A stretch of 64,000 bases of DNA from Pristiophorus japonicus (GCF_044704955.1 NC_091982.1:225928001-225992000), one strand, 5' to 3'; counted from the stretch's first letter, positions 22,598 through 38,029 are shown. Notes: generated by a model not told the origin, from the sequence alone. Numbers and translations: made by a program.

Positions 22598-24579
22598 ATT
22601 ATTTTTCCTACTACTGATGTTAAGCTGACAGATCTATAGTTCCCAAGACATGTTCTATCTCTCTTAAACATAGATATAACATTAGCTATCTGCCAGTCCT
22701 CTGGCAGTACACCCTTTTCTAACAAATTATTAAATACGTGTAATACAGTAATGCCTTTGCTATCTCTTCTCGATTCTTTTAAGATGCATGGCTGCAGTCT
22801 GTCCAGAGCAGTAGTTTTATCATGAATTTAATTAGTTTATTTAATATTTCTCCGCTTTTTATTATAAATGCAGGTGCATCATTTCTAATCTCATCTTCCG
22901 ATGTCGTGTCCACTCTGATAAATGCTGAAGCAAAGTCATTATTTAATATTTCTGCTATTTTGCTATTGCTGCCTGTGATTTTATCCTGTCTATTGCTTAA
23001 TGGCCCTATTCCTATCCCGACTCCTTTTTTATTTATGTGCCAGTAGAATATTTTACTACTTTGTTTTATGTTCTAATTTAATTTTATAGTTCCTCTTTGC
23101 CTTTCTAATTGTTTTTTAGACTTCTCTCCTAATCTCTCGTATTCTACCTTGTCCTACTCTCCCCTGCTGTCCATGTACTTAGTAGTGTATGCCTCTTTCC
23201 TTAGCCTCAATTTTTCCCTTGGCTTTATTTATCATTAGTGTTCAGTTTGTTCTTGTTTTCTTAACAGAATATATTTTTTCCAGACTCTGTTTTAAACGTT
23301 TCCCATTTCTGTTTTACATCATTGTTTGTCAATATTGTCCATTTTATTTTCCCAAGTTCTATTCTCAGCCCCATAAAATCAGCTTTTCTCTAATCTTATT
23401 ACCCTGGTATTTATCCTTTTCAATTATCTTAAAGCGTATTATATTATGGTCACTATTGCCTAGATGTTCCCCTACTTTTACTTCTCTGGTTCATTCCCCA
23501 TTATGAGATCCAGTAGCGATGTTGGGCTTCTTGCATGCTGGGTTAGAAATGAGTTGTGTACACATTGTAGGAATTCCATTCCCTTATCCCCATCACCTAC
23601 TCCTTAACAATTTTGGGGTCGTCGAAATCCGCCATGTTGATTATGCTATGTTTTTTTTACTAATTTCCCTAAATGTTTGCATAATTCTGCCTCCACCTCC
23701 CTTCCAATATTGGGTGATCTGTAGACAATCCCTATTAGTGTGATTGATCCTTTATTATCTATCCATATGGATTCTATTTCTGTCTGACTAATGACTGCAT
23801 CATTCTTTTTCTACATGCCATTCTACTGCCATATTACTTCTAATAACTACAGCTACTCCATCTCTCCTTTTCCCCCTCTATTGTTTCTAAATATGTTATA
23901 TCCTGTAATGTTTAATTCCCAGTCCAGATTTTTCTGTAGCATGTCTCAGTAATCCCTGCGATATCTGATTCCTTGTAACATATTGCCTCCAGTTCTCCAG
24001 TTTTATTAGGGACATTGTGTGCATTGCTATACATACAGTTTAATTCATTTTAATAGCAGTTCCTCTCTTTATTTTTAACCATCTATTTACACTCTTCTTC
24101 TATAACTCTTATCCCCTGGCCATGTATAGTTTAGTCAGTCCTATGTTCTCCTTTCCTGTTTTGTTTATATTTGGGCTTGTTTCATTTCTTGTAACTTTCT
24201 CCCCCTCCCCCCACACCCAGTCTTGGAAGTTTAAGGCCTTTGCCATTGGATCGTTTACGTCCACCTGAGAGTGCTATTGTAGGATCTCACAGTGCCTTTT
24301 GACCTTCTCTGCAGCTCTGTCAAGGTTAGGTTTTGTAGAATAGTGGATGGAGAGGCCTTGCAAAAACCGTTCTCAGCCACGGGTTGTGTGGACCGGGGTG
24401 GGGTGAGAGAGTTTAAAGCTATTGAAGTTTATCCCCACATATGAATAGGCAGTCCTTGACTGCAGGAGCAATATATCCGCTGTTTTGAAATAGTTAACTT
24501 GTATCCTGGGTGAGAGTCGGACAAAGTCTCTGTTTTGGAAATGCTGGAGAGCGAAGGAGACTCGAGGTGCTCAGCGCCC

Positions 24580-25084
24580 TTGCATTGGAGGCTGTTCAGA
24601 GAAGGTTCACTCGGTTGATCCTGGAGATGAAGGGGTTGACTTATGAAGATAGGTTGAGTAGGTTGGGCCTATACTCATTGGAGTTCAGAAGAATGAGAGG
24701 TGATCTTATCGAAACATATAAGGTAATGAGGGGCTCGACAAGGTGGATGCAGAGAGGATATTTCCACTCATGGGGGAAACTAAAACTAGGGGACATAGTC
24801 TTAGTCTTAGAATAAGGGGCCGCCCATTTAAAACTGAGATGAGAAGAAATTTATTCTCAGAGTTATAAATCTATGGAATTCTCTTCCCCAGAGAGCTGTG
24901 GAGGCTGGGTCATTGAATATATTTAAGGCGGAGTTAGACACATTTTTGAGCGATTAGGGACTAAAGGGTTATAGGGAGCGGGCGGGGAAGTGGAGCTGAG
25001 TCCATGATCAGATCAACTATGATCTTATTGAATGGAGGAGCTGGCTCGATGGGCCAAATGGCCTACTCCTCATATGTTATGTTC
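24580..25084 (+). mobile_element. CR1 3' fragment (subfamily B)
   Basis: ALEAVQRRFTRLI...YSLEFRRMRGDLIETYK; 3'UTR hairpin and tatgttatgttc tail. Confidence 0.9.
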
Positions 25085-25703
25085 CTAAATGTGAAATTTG
25101 AATCCCATTGCCTCAAATATTGCTAAAGACCATTCAATCAAGCATAACAAGGAGGGGTTTCAATGTTAGCTTTTCTCGGTTCAGGGAGTGTATCATGGCA
25201 GGAGTAGTATTTTAGTTCTTGTGTTGATGTAGTAAAGTTGTATGTGTGTCATAGGTGTTCACCTTCCCATACAGTTCAAGTTTTGATTTATAAACCTTTT
25301 AATGTGAAAGAAATATTGCTTGCCTCAAAAAATTAACACAAGCCTGCTATAATGCCCATTATATGTAGCAGTAGGGCCAGTGATCTTGGTGGTAGTTAGC
25401 TGATTTAAATATATTTGAATGTGCTAACTTTAACTTGCCCTGTGCACGTGCATAGAGTTGCATGCCCTCTTTGCAAATAACGTTCAATAAATCCTTGTGT
25501 GTAGTGGGTGCAGGCGATACTTTGTCAAATGTAAGAATATATTTTTAAACAAAGTGGTGGTGTTTTTGAACAAAACTATAGACCAGTAACATTTGTCAGC
25601 TGTTAATCCTATTGCCTGGCATTTCTATAACTTTGCTCTTGAGCCATGTTGCTCTACAAGCTGCTTTCTATAAAAACAATTTTGATCGAAGATAAATGGT
25701 GAA

Positions 25704-25880
25704 TATAAAAGCTGCAAATGCACAGCAGGTCTGTCAGCATCTGCAAAATAAAAGACAGGAAAACCTACCTGGTGTAAACCTTTAGTCTGAACTGGATTCT
25801 GATGAAGGGTTTGTACCCAAAGGTTGACCTGTCTTTTTTTGCAGATGCTGATGCAGTTCCAGCATTTTGTGGTTTTATTT
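25704..25880. repeat. Imperfect palindrome, Penelope-pLTR-like relic
   Basis: tcagcatctgcaaaataaaagacagg...ctgaa pairs with ttctgatgaagggtttgtacccaaaggttgacctgtctttttttgcagatgctga. Confidence 0.6.
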
Positions 25881-26083
25881 TGGTAGATGATTAGTTGTAT
25901 GGAGCTTGTGATGTCTGTAGTTTCTGTGGATAGTGTTAATGTTATCTAGGTGTGTTCTGCTTACTTTAAATGTTAAAATTACTTGTGTGTTTAATCCTGT
26001 GTAATGTTCACATTCTGGAGGATGTCACTTTGGCCATTTAATGCCAGTTATCATTTGTAAAGATGATGTTTTCTCTCCTCCAG

Positions 26084-26179
26084 CGTGCTTCTGATCAACT
26101 AAAAAACCAACGGCACAGCAAAATGACTGCTACAAAGAGGACCCTCAGTAAGAAAGAACAGGAGGAAATTAAAAAGAAG
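26084..26179 (+). CDS. U2SURP: U2SURP exon (RASDQLKNQRHSKMTATKRTLSKKEQEEIKKK)
   Basis: ttctctcctccag acceptor, AAG|GTATGG donor, phase 0-0; matches U2SURP KRTLSKKEQEELKKK. Confidence 0.93.
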
Positions 26180-26451
26180 GTATGGAAGTATACATGGAAG
26201 GCATATGGGAAAAAAGTCAGTAGAAACAAAAAAGAAACCAACTGCAATCTGAAATGCAAAGAGTGCTGAGAGTGTACCGCAGTTATGCAGGTACCTGAAA
26301 AGAGAAGAAAAGGTCTCCAAACTTGTGTCAACTAATCTTTTCCCATTTCGATTGCTCACAGACCTATTATTTTCAGCATTTCCTGGTTATGTGCTGGGGG
26401 AGAGGGGAAGGATGAAATAGGACTTGCAATATAAATAATTTAAAAGGTATA

Positions 26452-27084
26452 CAGGTGCAGCGCCTAAAATCCAGAGTTCCAGACTCCGGGACGAATCGTG
26501 GCAGGGTCGTCTAGAATCCGCAAAATGTTCTGGAATCCGGACACCCTGCCAAACTGTTACCACCGCCAATCAGGCCCAGGGAAAAGTAAAAAAAATGAAA
26601 TCCAACTACTGTACAGTGACACAAATTGCAAGAATAAAAACACCAATCCTACCTGTTCCAGGCCAGGTCTTCACAGTCACCGTACTGCTGCTCCTGGGTC
26701 CGTACCAACTCTGCACTGCACACAAGTCCCCGGCCAGAACCAACTCTGCACCGCACACAAGTCCCTGGCCAGAACCAACTCTGCACCGCACGTAAGCCCC
26801 TTCGGCCAGACTCCGGCTCTGCACAGCACACAAATCCCTGGCCAGAGTTTGATTCTGGCCGGGGACTGCAAAATGACATCTAAAAACCAGAAATATTGGA
26901 ACTTGGGCCCGGGCATTTCCGGACTTGGGACATGCTTCTGGCATTCCGAAATCCGGAAATACCTGAACCTGGGCTTGGGTATTTCTGGACTTCGGACATC
27001 AGCAACACATTCGAAAGACCGGAAAAACACACAGTTCGTAACGTCCTCAGTCCCGAGGGTTTTGGATGTTAGGCGTTGTACCTG
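26452..27084. mobile_element. Tc1/mariner (Tigger/pogo-like) MITE
   Basis: TA TSD on both sides; TIR CAGGTGCAGCGCCTAAAATCC vs rc CAGGTACAACGCCTAACATCC; internal ~35-bp tandem repeat (accaactctgcac.gcacacaagtccc.ggccaga, about 4 copies, 26704-26845) and TCCGGA-rich subterminal repeats. Confidence 0.85.
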
Positions 27085-27384
27085 TACCATATTTTACCCA
27101 TCACATTTGGGAGTTAATTTTCATCCTTGCCATATTTTTAGTGGTGTGCGTGAATTTTTGAAAAAACTTTTTATTGAGAGCAGAATTCCTTCAGTGTTGG
27201 TTGTAAAGTCAACATAATTACAAACATCTAATGAAAAAATACTACATTTTTCAATTTTATTTTTTTCACCTAATCATCTTCCCTCGTGAAGAAGCTGACT
27301 TGTTTAAGGTACGCTTCCAGAGTACTTTACCCAAATAACCGTTCTTAATTTTTGCCTTAGACAGTGAGTGTTGGCTGGCTTTTT

Positions 27385-30300
27385 GAAAATTTGTTACTGG
27401 GATGTGGGCATCACTGGCAAGGGCCAGCATTTTTATTGCCCATCCCAAGTTGCCCTCGAAGGTGGTGGTGAGCCGCCTTCTGCCCTTCCCTCAGCCCTAT
27501 TGACATATCTTTAAAAACAACACCAAAAATACACCCCCCTTCCCGGCTACGGACACTGATGCAACCATTGGCAGTCTCAATATACCACCACCTCCCCGCC
27601 GGGCGCCCCTGCACTGCACCATCTTCATACCTTCACAATAAAACCTCTCTCCGCAGTCCGTGTGGTGAAGGTGCTGCCACAGTGCTGTTAGGGACGATTT
27701 TGACCCAGCGACTATGAAGGAACGGCGATATATTTCCAATTCAGGATGGTGTCTAACTTGAAGGTGATGATGTTCCCCTGCGCCTGCTGCCCGTGTTCTT
27801 TTGGGTGGTCAAGGTCGTGGGTTTGGGAGGAGCTGTCGAAGTGATAGGGGTCGTGGGTTTGGGAGGTTCTACAGTGCATCTTGTAGATAGAAACATAGAA
27901 AATAGGTGCAGGAGTAGGCCATTCGGTCCTTCGAGCCTGCACTATCATTCAATAAGATCATGGCTGATCATTCCTTCAGTACCCGTTTCCTGCTTTCTCT
28001 CCATACCCCTTGATCCCTTTAGCCATAAGGGCCATATCTAACTCCCTCTTGAATATATCCAACGAACAGGCATCAACAACTCTCTGCAGCAGGGAATTCC
28101 ACAGGTTAACAACTCTGAGTGAAGAAGTTTCTCCCCATCTCAGTCCTAAATGGCCTGCCCTTTATCATAAGACTGTGTCCCCTGGTTCTGGACTTCCCCC
28201 AACATCGGGGACATTCTTCCCGTATCTAACCTGTCCAGCCCTGTCAGAATCTTTTATGTTGCTATGAGATCCCCTCTCATCCTTCTAAACTCCAGTTGAT
28301 CCATTCTCTCCTCCATATGTCAGTCCAGCCATCCCGGCATCAGTCTGGTGAACCTTCGCTGCACTCCCTCAATAGCAAGAATGTCCTTCCTCAGATTAGG
28401 AGACCAAAACTGAACATAATATTCCAGGTGAGGCCTCACCAAGGCCCAGGACAACTGCAGTAAGACTTCCCTGCTCCTATACTCAAATCCCCTACCTATG
28501 AAGGCCAACATACCATTTACCGCTTGCTATATCTGCATGCCAGCTTTCAGTGACTGATGAACCATGACACCCAGATCTCGCTGTACCTCTCCTTTTCCTA
28601 ATCTGCTGCCATTCAGATAATATTCTGCCTTCGTATTTTTACTCCCAAAGTGGATAACCTCACATTTATCCACATTGTACTGCATCTGCCATGCATTTGC
28701 CCACTCGCCTAACATGTCCAAGTCACCCTGCAGCCTCTTAGAGTCCTCCTCACAGCTCACATCGCCACCCAGTTTAGTGTCATCTGCAAATTTGGAGATA
28801 TTACACTCTATTCCATCCTCTAGATCATTAATATATATTGTAAAGAGCTGGGGTCCCAGCACTGAGCCGTGCGGCACTCCACTAGTCACTGCCTGCCATT
28901 CTGAAAAGGTCCTGTTTATCCCGACTCTCTGCTTCCTGTCTGCCAACCAGTTCTCTATCCACGTCAGTACATTACCCCCAATACTATGTGCTTTGATTTT
29001 GCTCACCAATCTCTTGTGTGGGACCTTGTCAAAAGCCATTTGAAAGTCCAAATACATCACATCCACTGGTTCTCCCTTGTCCACTCTACTAGTTACATCC
29101 TCAAAAATTCCAGAAGATTCGTCAAGCATGATTTCCCTTTCATAAATCCATGCTGACTTGGAGCCAGCCACGGTATACACTGCAGCCACTTTGCGCCGGT
29201 GGTGGAGCGAGTGAATGTTTAAGGTGGTGGATGAGGTGCCGATCAAGTGGGCTGCTTTATCCTAGATGGTGTCGAGCTTCTTGTGTTGTTGGAGCTGCAC
29301 TCATCCAGGCAAGTGGAGAGTATTCCATTGCACTCCAGACTTGTGCTTTGTTGACGGTGGAAAAGCTTTGGGGAGTCAGGAGGTGAGACACTCGCCACGG
29401 AATACCCAGCCTCTGACCTGTTCTTGTTGCCACAGTATGTTACTTGCCACTTATCAGCCCAAGCCTGAATGTTGGCCAGGTCTTGCTGCATGTGGGCAAC
29501 ATGAGCTGATTCATTATCTGAGAGGTTGCGAATGGAACTGAACACTACAATCATCAGCGAACATCCCCACTTCTGACCTTATGATGGAGGAAAGGTTATT
29601 GATGAAGCAGCTGAAGATGGTTGGGCGTAGGACACTGCCCCAAGGGCTCCTGGGGCTGGGATGATTGACCTCCAACAACCACAACCATCTTCCTTTGTGT
29701 TAGGTATGACTCCAGCCAGTGGAGAGTTTTCCTTCTGATTCCCATTGACTTCAATTTTACTCTGGCTCCTTGATTTCACACTCAGTCAAATGCTGCCTTG
29801 AGGTCAAGGGCAGTCACTCATCTCACCTCTGGAAATTCTGCTCTTTTGTCCATGTTTGGACCAAGGCTGTAATGAGGTCTGGAGCCAAGTGGTCCTGACG
29901 GAACCCAAACTTGAGCATCAGTGAGCAGGTTATTGGTGAGTAAGTGGCGCTTGATAGCACTATTGGCGACACCTTCCATCACTTTGCTGATGATTGAGAG
30001 TAGATTGATGGGTTGGTAATTGGCCGGATTGAATTTGTCGTGCTTTTTGTGTCCAATTTTCCACATTGTTTGGTCTATGCCAGTGTTGTAGCTGTACTAG
30101 AATAGCTTAGCTAGAGGCGCGGCTAGTTCTGGAGCACAAGAATTCAGCATGTTGCTGGGCCCATAGCCTTTGCTGTATCCAGTGTGCTCAGCTTTTTCTT
30201 AATATCATGCGGAGTGAATCGAATTGGTTGAAGACTGGCTGCTGTGATGGTGGGGACCTCAGGAGGAGGACGCGATGGATTATCCACTCGACACTTCTGG

Positions 30301-31110
30301 CTGAAGATGGTTGCAAACACTTCAGCCTTGTCTTTTGCACTCGTGTGTTGGGCTCCGCCATCATTGAGAACGGGCATGTTCATGGAATCTACTCCTCCCG
30401 TTAGTTGTTTAATGATCCACCACCATTCACAGCTGGATGTGGCAGGATTGCAGCGCTTTGATCTGATCCGTTGATTGTGGAATCGCTTAGCTCTGTCTAT
30501 AGCATGCTGCTTCTGCTGATCAGCATGCATGTCGTCCTGATTTGCAGCTTCCCCAGGTTGGCACCTCATGTTTTGGTATAGTGGTGCTGCTCCTGGCATG
30601 TTCTTCCACACTCTTCATTGAACCGGGTTTGGTTGCCTAGCTTGATAATGGTAGAGTGAGGGATGTGCCGGTCAATGAGGTTACAGATTGTAGTACAATT
30701 CTGCTGCTGCTGATGGCTCACAGTGCCTCATGGATGTCCAGTTTTGAGCAGTTAGATCTATTTTGAATCTATTCCAGTTAACACGTTGGTAGTGGGGCTT
30801 ATTCTCCACAATGACTGTGCGGTGGTCACTGCTACCAATACTGTCATGGACAGATGCATCTGTGACAGGTAGATTGTTGAGGACGAGGTCAAATAGGTTT
30901 TTCCCTCATGTTGCTTCTCTCACCACCTTCTGCAATCCTAGTCTGGCAGCTATGTCCTTGAGAGTACTTTCTGTGCCCTTGCTAGCATCCGTGCTTCTTT
31001 CAAGTGGTGTTCTACATGGAGGAGTATTGATTTATCAGCTGAGGGAGGGTGGTTGGTAGTAATCAGCAGGAGGTTTCCTTGCCCATGTTTGACCCGATGC
31101 CATCAGACTT
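27385..31110 (-). mobile_element. CR1-group LINE (distinct family), degenerate, APE+RT
   Basis: Minus-strand pieces VKHGQGNLLLITT...FDLVLNNLP (APE), KAMGP, NPANYQPINLLSIISKVMEG, QQDLANIQAWADKWQV, LNIHSLHHRRKVAAV; 3' end aaggcggctcaccaccacc...gggatgggcaataaaaatgctggcc at ~27400-27480. Confidence 0.85.
27887..29163 (-). mobile_element. CR1 subfamily A fragment nested in the LINE above
   Basis: YLDFQMAFDKV, GVPHGSVLGP, KFADDTKL; tail tagaaacatagaaaataggtgcagg at 27887. Confidence 0.92.
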
Positions 31111-31111
31111 A

Positions 31112-33020
31112 ATGTGGGGCTGGAGGAGATTACAGAGATAAGGTGGGGCAAGGCCATGGAGAGATTTGAAAACAAGGATGAGAATTTTGAAAGCGAGGCA
31201 TTGCTTAACTGGGAGCACAGGCAGCCGAGTTTTGGATGACCTCCAGTTTACATAGAATAGAACGTGGGAGGCTAGCCAGGAATGTGTTGGAATAGTAAGT
31301 CTAGAGGTAACAAAGACATGGATGAGGGTTCCAGTAGCGGATGAGCTGAGGCAAGTGCAGAGACGGGCGATATTATGGAGGTGGAAATAGGCGGTCTTAG
31401 TTATGCTGCGGATATGTAGTCGAAAGCTAATTTCAGGGGAAAATCTGACACCAAGGTTGAGAACAGCGTGGTTTAGCTGAGGCTGATGCTAGGGAGAGGG
31501 ATGGAGTCAGTGGCTAGTGAACAGAGTTTGTGGCGGGGACCGAAAACAATGGATTTGTTCTTCCCAATATTTAATTAGAGAAAATTTCTGCTTGTCCAGA
31601 ACTGGATGTCTGACAAGCAGCTGACAATTTAGAGACCGAGGAGGGGTTGAGAAACGCAGTGAGGTAAAGCTGGGTGTCATCAGCGTACATGTGGAAACTG
31701 ATGCTGTATTTTTGGACGATGTCGTCAAGGCGAAGCATGTAGATGAGAAATAGGAGGGGGCCAAGGATAGATCCTTGAGGGTCACCAGAGGTGCCGACGC
31801 GGGAGTGGGAAGAGAAGCCATTGCAGGTGATTCTCTGGCTACGATTAGATAGATAAGAATGGAACCAGGTTAAGTGCAGCCCCACCCAGCTAGATAGGCG
31901 TTGAAGGACAGAGTAGTCAACCGTGTCAAAGGCTATAGACAAGTCAAGAAGGAGGAGGGATAGTTTACTTTTGTCACAGTCACAAAGGATGTCGTGACTT
32001 TGATGAGAATCATTTCGGTACAGTGGCAGGGGCGGAAACCGGATTGGAGCGATTCAAACACAGTTGCGGGAAAGATGACCAACACGTTCAAGGACTTTGG
32101 AGAAGAAAGGGAGGTTGGAGATGGTTGGTAGTTTGCAAGGATGGAGAGGTCAAGCGTTGGAATTTTGAGGAGAGGGGTGATGACGGCAGATTGGAGGAGA
32201 GAGAACTGTTAACAATGTCAGCTAACATGAGAGCCAGAAAAGAAAGTTGGCTGGTCAGTAGTTTAGTGGGAATAGGGTCGAGGGAGCATGAAGTGGGTCT
32301 CATGGACAGGATGAGCTTGGGGAGATCGGAGGGAAACTGGAGAAAGATGCGAGGGCAGGGGATCCTTAGCGGAGCTCTGGCCCAATGGGCTTGGGAAAGG
32401 AAGGGAAGTGGCAGAGGCAGCTGAATAGGTGATCTCGCACGTTATCGAAGGTGAGGGTGGAGGAGACAGAGAATGAGGGGTTTAAGGAGACGGTTAGCAG
32501 TGGAGAATAGAATCCGGGGTTTAATCTTTACTTTCCAGAAAGATTGTGGAATAGTGAGCAGTTTTGGCAGATGAGAGCAGGTCCCGATAATGCTGTATGT
32601 GGTCTAGCCAAATCTAACGGTGAATGGCTAAACCAGTTGTCTACCACATCCGTTCAGGTTTGCGTCTCTTGGACTTAAGGGAGTGAAGATGAGGGCCATA
32701 CCAGGGGGAATGACCAGGGCGAGAGAGAGCAATTGTTTTAGTAGGGACTAGGCCATCAAAGGTGGTGGTGGTGGGGGTGTGATTGAGCAAATCGGTAGCT
32801 GCAGAAATGTTGTGACTGGAGGGCCAAAGGCTGGATAGTTAGAATTTCGGAAGTGCAGTTGGGAGAGAGTTTATTACCGGGGTGGACGCAGGAGGAAGTA
32901 AGGTTGGGGGGGGAAAGCAGGATGTGTGTGGTGAGCGACACGAGGAAGTGGTCAGAGATGGCATTATCTGCGATTGACACGATGGAAGTAACGAGGCCAC
33001 GAGAGATGGGAAGCACATTG
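31112..33020 (-). mobile_element. L2-clade LINE fragment
   Basis: AFDTVDY...WFHSYLSNRSQ...PQGSILGPLLFLIYM...HMYADDTQLY; PTSCSLDPIPTKLL; ISDHFLV (APE end). Confidence 0.9.
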
Positions 33021-33044
33021 GTGAACTAGATGGGATTTGATGAC

Positions 33045-33220
33045 GATCTACTACTTTCATGGTCACCATTACTGATGCTAGCTTTTAAAATTTCAGATTT
33101 ATTTAATTAACTGAATTTAAATTCCAATTTAAATGCCATTGTGGAATTTGAACTCCTGACTCCAGATTATTAGACCACACCTCTGGGTTACTAGTCCAGT
33201 GACATAACCACTATGCTACC
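33045..33220 (-). mobile_element. tRNA-like 5' head segment (same as 53882-54030)
   Basis: rc GGTAGCATAGTGGTTATG...GAGTTCAAATTCC...attcagttaattaaataaatctg...gtgaccatgaaa. Confidence 0.75.
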
Positions 33221-33290
33221 ATCCCCAGCTATTCCATCTTTAGAAGGGAAAAGAGGAGGCCATTGCAGCTGAGCTCAATCCTCTCCTGCC

Positions 33291-33900
33291 CAGGCTGGAT
33301 TTTCATGGGGAAGCGTGGAAGGCTCCGAGGCGGTCGGGAAGCTGGGTTTCCCGCAGACCCTGCTGACTTTAACTGCAGGGCCTGATTTGCATGCGAGGCC
33401 TCTGTTTCCCATCTGCAGCCAGCCAGACTGAGAGGCTAGCCGGCAGGCCTGTGCCACTGGACCACGGGGGGGGGGGGGGAATCGTGGAGGGGGTCGGGGT
33501 CAGCTGGAGGAGCATGGGATGGGGGCTGTGAGCAACATTGGTTGGGGGGTGGGAGGTTGCTACGGATGGTGAGACGATAGGCTGCAGGATGCCCCGAGGA
33601 GCAAGGGCAGAAGTCTGCAAAATATCGGGGACTGGCAGGAGCGTGGGGGGAGGCCTTGTGGAGGGTTCGGAGATGTGGGCGGTGATTGAGGTCTCGTTGG
33701 CAGGGAAGGGTGGGAGGGTTGATTCGAGGCCTCGTGGGGCGTTTCTACAATCGCGGGGGATGGACTAGACAGAACCGTGGATCCAGGAGGTGGGTATGAA
33801 GGCATTTATCTCCTGGGCCCAGCAGACCCTGCCTTGTTGTAACTGCTTGGTTTTCAGTCCTATTATAATATTTAAATTGACGTCTCGCCACCTGACAACC
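33291..33900. mobile_element. GC-rich non-autonomous element (Harbinger-like MITE relic)
   Basis: Begins ggctggattttc and has a G-rich interior like the other MITEs here; second TIR not identified. Confidence 0.35.
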
Positions 33901-34101
33901 TCCTAGAGCCCAAACCTACAGTTTAGGGGTTCTCCCCGTCCATCAGATTTTGCATTAATTTGGTGTGTGTTTGTATGTATATAGGGACCGAGTGTATGTT
34001 TGTATGCATACATGCGTGTGTATAAAGAATTCTATAATTCACCACTACATGCTAATACTCAAACCAACGGGGGCAATTAGTGTATGCCTCTTATCAACTA
34101 A

Positions 34102-36631
<2,530 letters not shown>

Positions 36632-38029
36632 CTTAATATAGGGGCAATACCAGTTTATTGAAATGGTTCATGTCCTGATTCTCTTCACGATCCAATGTTA
36701 TTTTGCAATATGGTAAAACTTCATGAATTAACCTATCCCCTCCATGTAGGTAAGGATTTAACCCCAGAAACACAATGTGGTACAAAATGGACAGTTTTGT
36801 TGGGCCAAATGGCCTTTTGGTGTTCCCAGAGATTTTTAGCTTCTCAACGCATCTACTTTTCACTCTTCTAGCATTTTCAACTTGAGCTGTGTTCTTGAGG
36901 CATGATTTCTACTGTAGTTGGGATCTCTTTATCATAGGCAGGAGTTTTATAGTCTTTTAAAGAATCCCCAATTAATAAGCCACATTTGGATCTGTGGCCA
37001 AATGGACAATGGTTTTCCGGGAGAGTGGACTCCAGCCTGACTGAAATCTGGGCATCCTGGAGAGGGAGTTGGCTTCACGGCAGCCATGCCTCCTTACCAG
37101 TGCTGAAGCTGCTCATGGGCGTCTCTATTAAGCAGTTGGTGACAGTAGGCTTTGTTCGTGGTATTGACCTTGGGTGTCTAAAATATCGAGGCAGCTGACA
37201 ATACTGCACGCTGTCCTGTGTAATTCCTTCCACCAGTTCTGTGTATTTTGGCAGCAGAGGAAACTCCTGCGACAGCTGGTAGAAGGTATCACCTCGAGGG
37301 TAGGTTATGAGAACATGCCCTCCTAGATTGGGTTTGGTAGGGACCATAATTGCTGTTCAGAGAGACAAGCAGCTCTTTCCGAAGCTTTGCACTTGTAAAT
37401 ATTGGAACCAAATTGGAGTGTGCCCATGATGTAGTCAGGAGAATGTTGGCATTCTGTCAGAGCCCAAAATGTCAAGTTTAGCTTGTCAGAACTGGTGGCA
37501 CTGTAGTGTTTTTTTCTTTTGAAGGTTTTCTCCTGGGAAGTGTCATTGTTTGAAGTCTCCCTTGAATGCAGAAGTTGAAATACAGTTAACCATCAACTGG
37601 CTGCCTAATGGTTCGAGCATGAACAGCCTCTAGTCTTTACCATAGACACATGTGCCTTCTATGCTATCAGCAACTGGTGAGATTGATTTTAAGATATCTT
37701 TGGCTGGATCCTGTTGCACAAACTGATGTACAAAAAAAGTTGCTTCCAATGAACACCTTTTCTGTTTCTCTCCCTGCACCTTGGGACAACAGTTTAATTG
37801 GTCATTTGGTAGAATTTAACTGATCCTGCAACATCCAACTTTGCTACAGGTCTAGATTAGGGTTAAAACAAATGCAGATATAAAGTACTAAACATTGTTA
37901 ACATCTTGTGACATGGTTAACCCTTAAATTGTGAGCAGTTTTAGGGAATTCTGTGCTCTGATCTTGTATATAGAAGTTACAGCACAGGAAGTTACTGGCA
38001 TTGTAGAACCACTTGAGAGTGTTGAATTG

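Larger units (their letters stand above)
20590..24050 (-). mobile_element. Old, AT-rich CR1 family copy, fragmented and interrupted
   Basis: Minus ORF 20675-20974 (CAQFWSP, LFSLEMRRPRGDLI); ccttatcaaaagccttttggaaatctagata (=[10 protein letters not shown]); EIAEHLE-like ORF 22225-22542. Confidence 0.75.

Noticed and set aside
26498-27217. 239-aa ORF with repeats; ~35-bp repeats superficially CRISPR-like
   Set aside because: Head-to-tail minisatellite without unique spacers inside a TA-flanked MITE; eukaryotic context, no cas genes.
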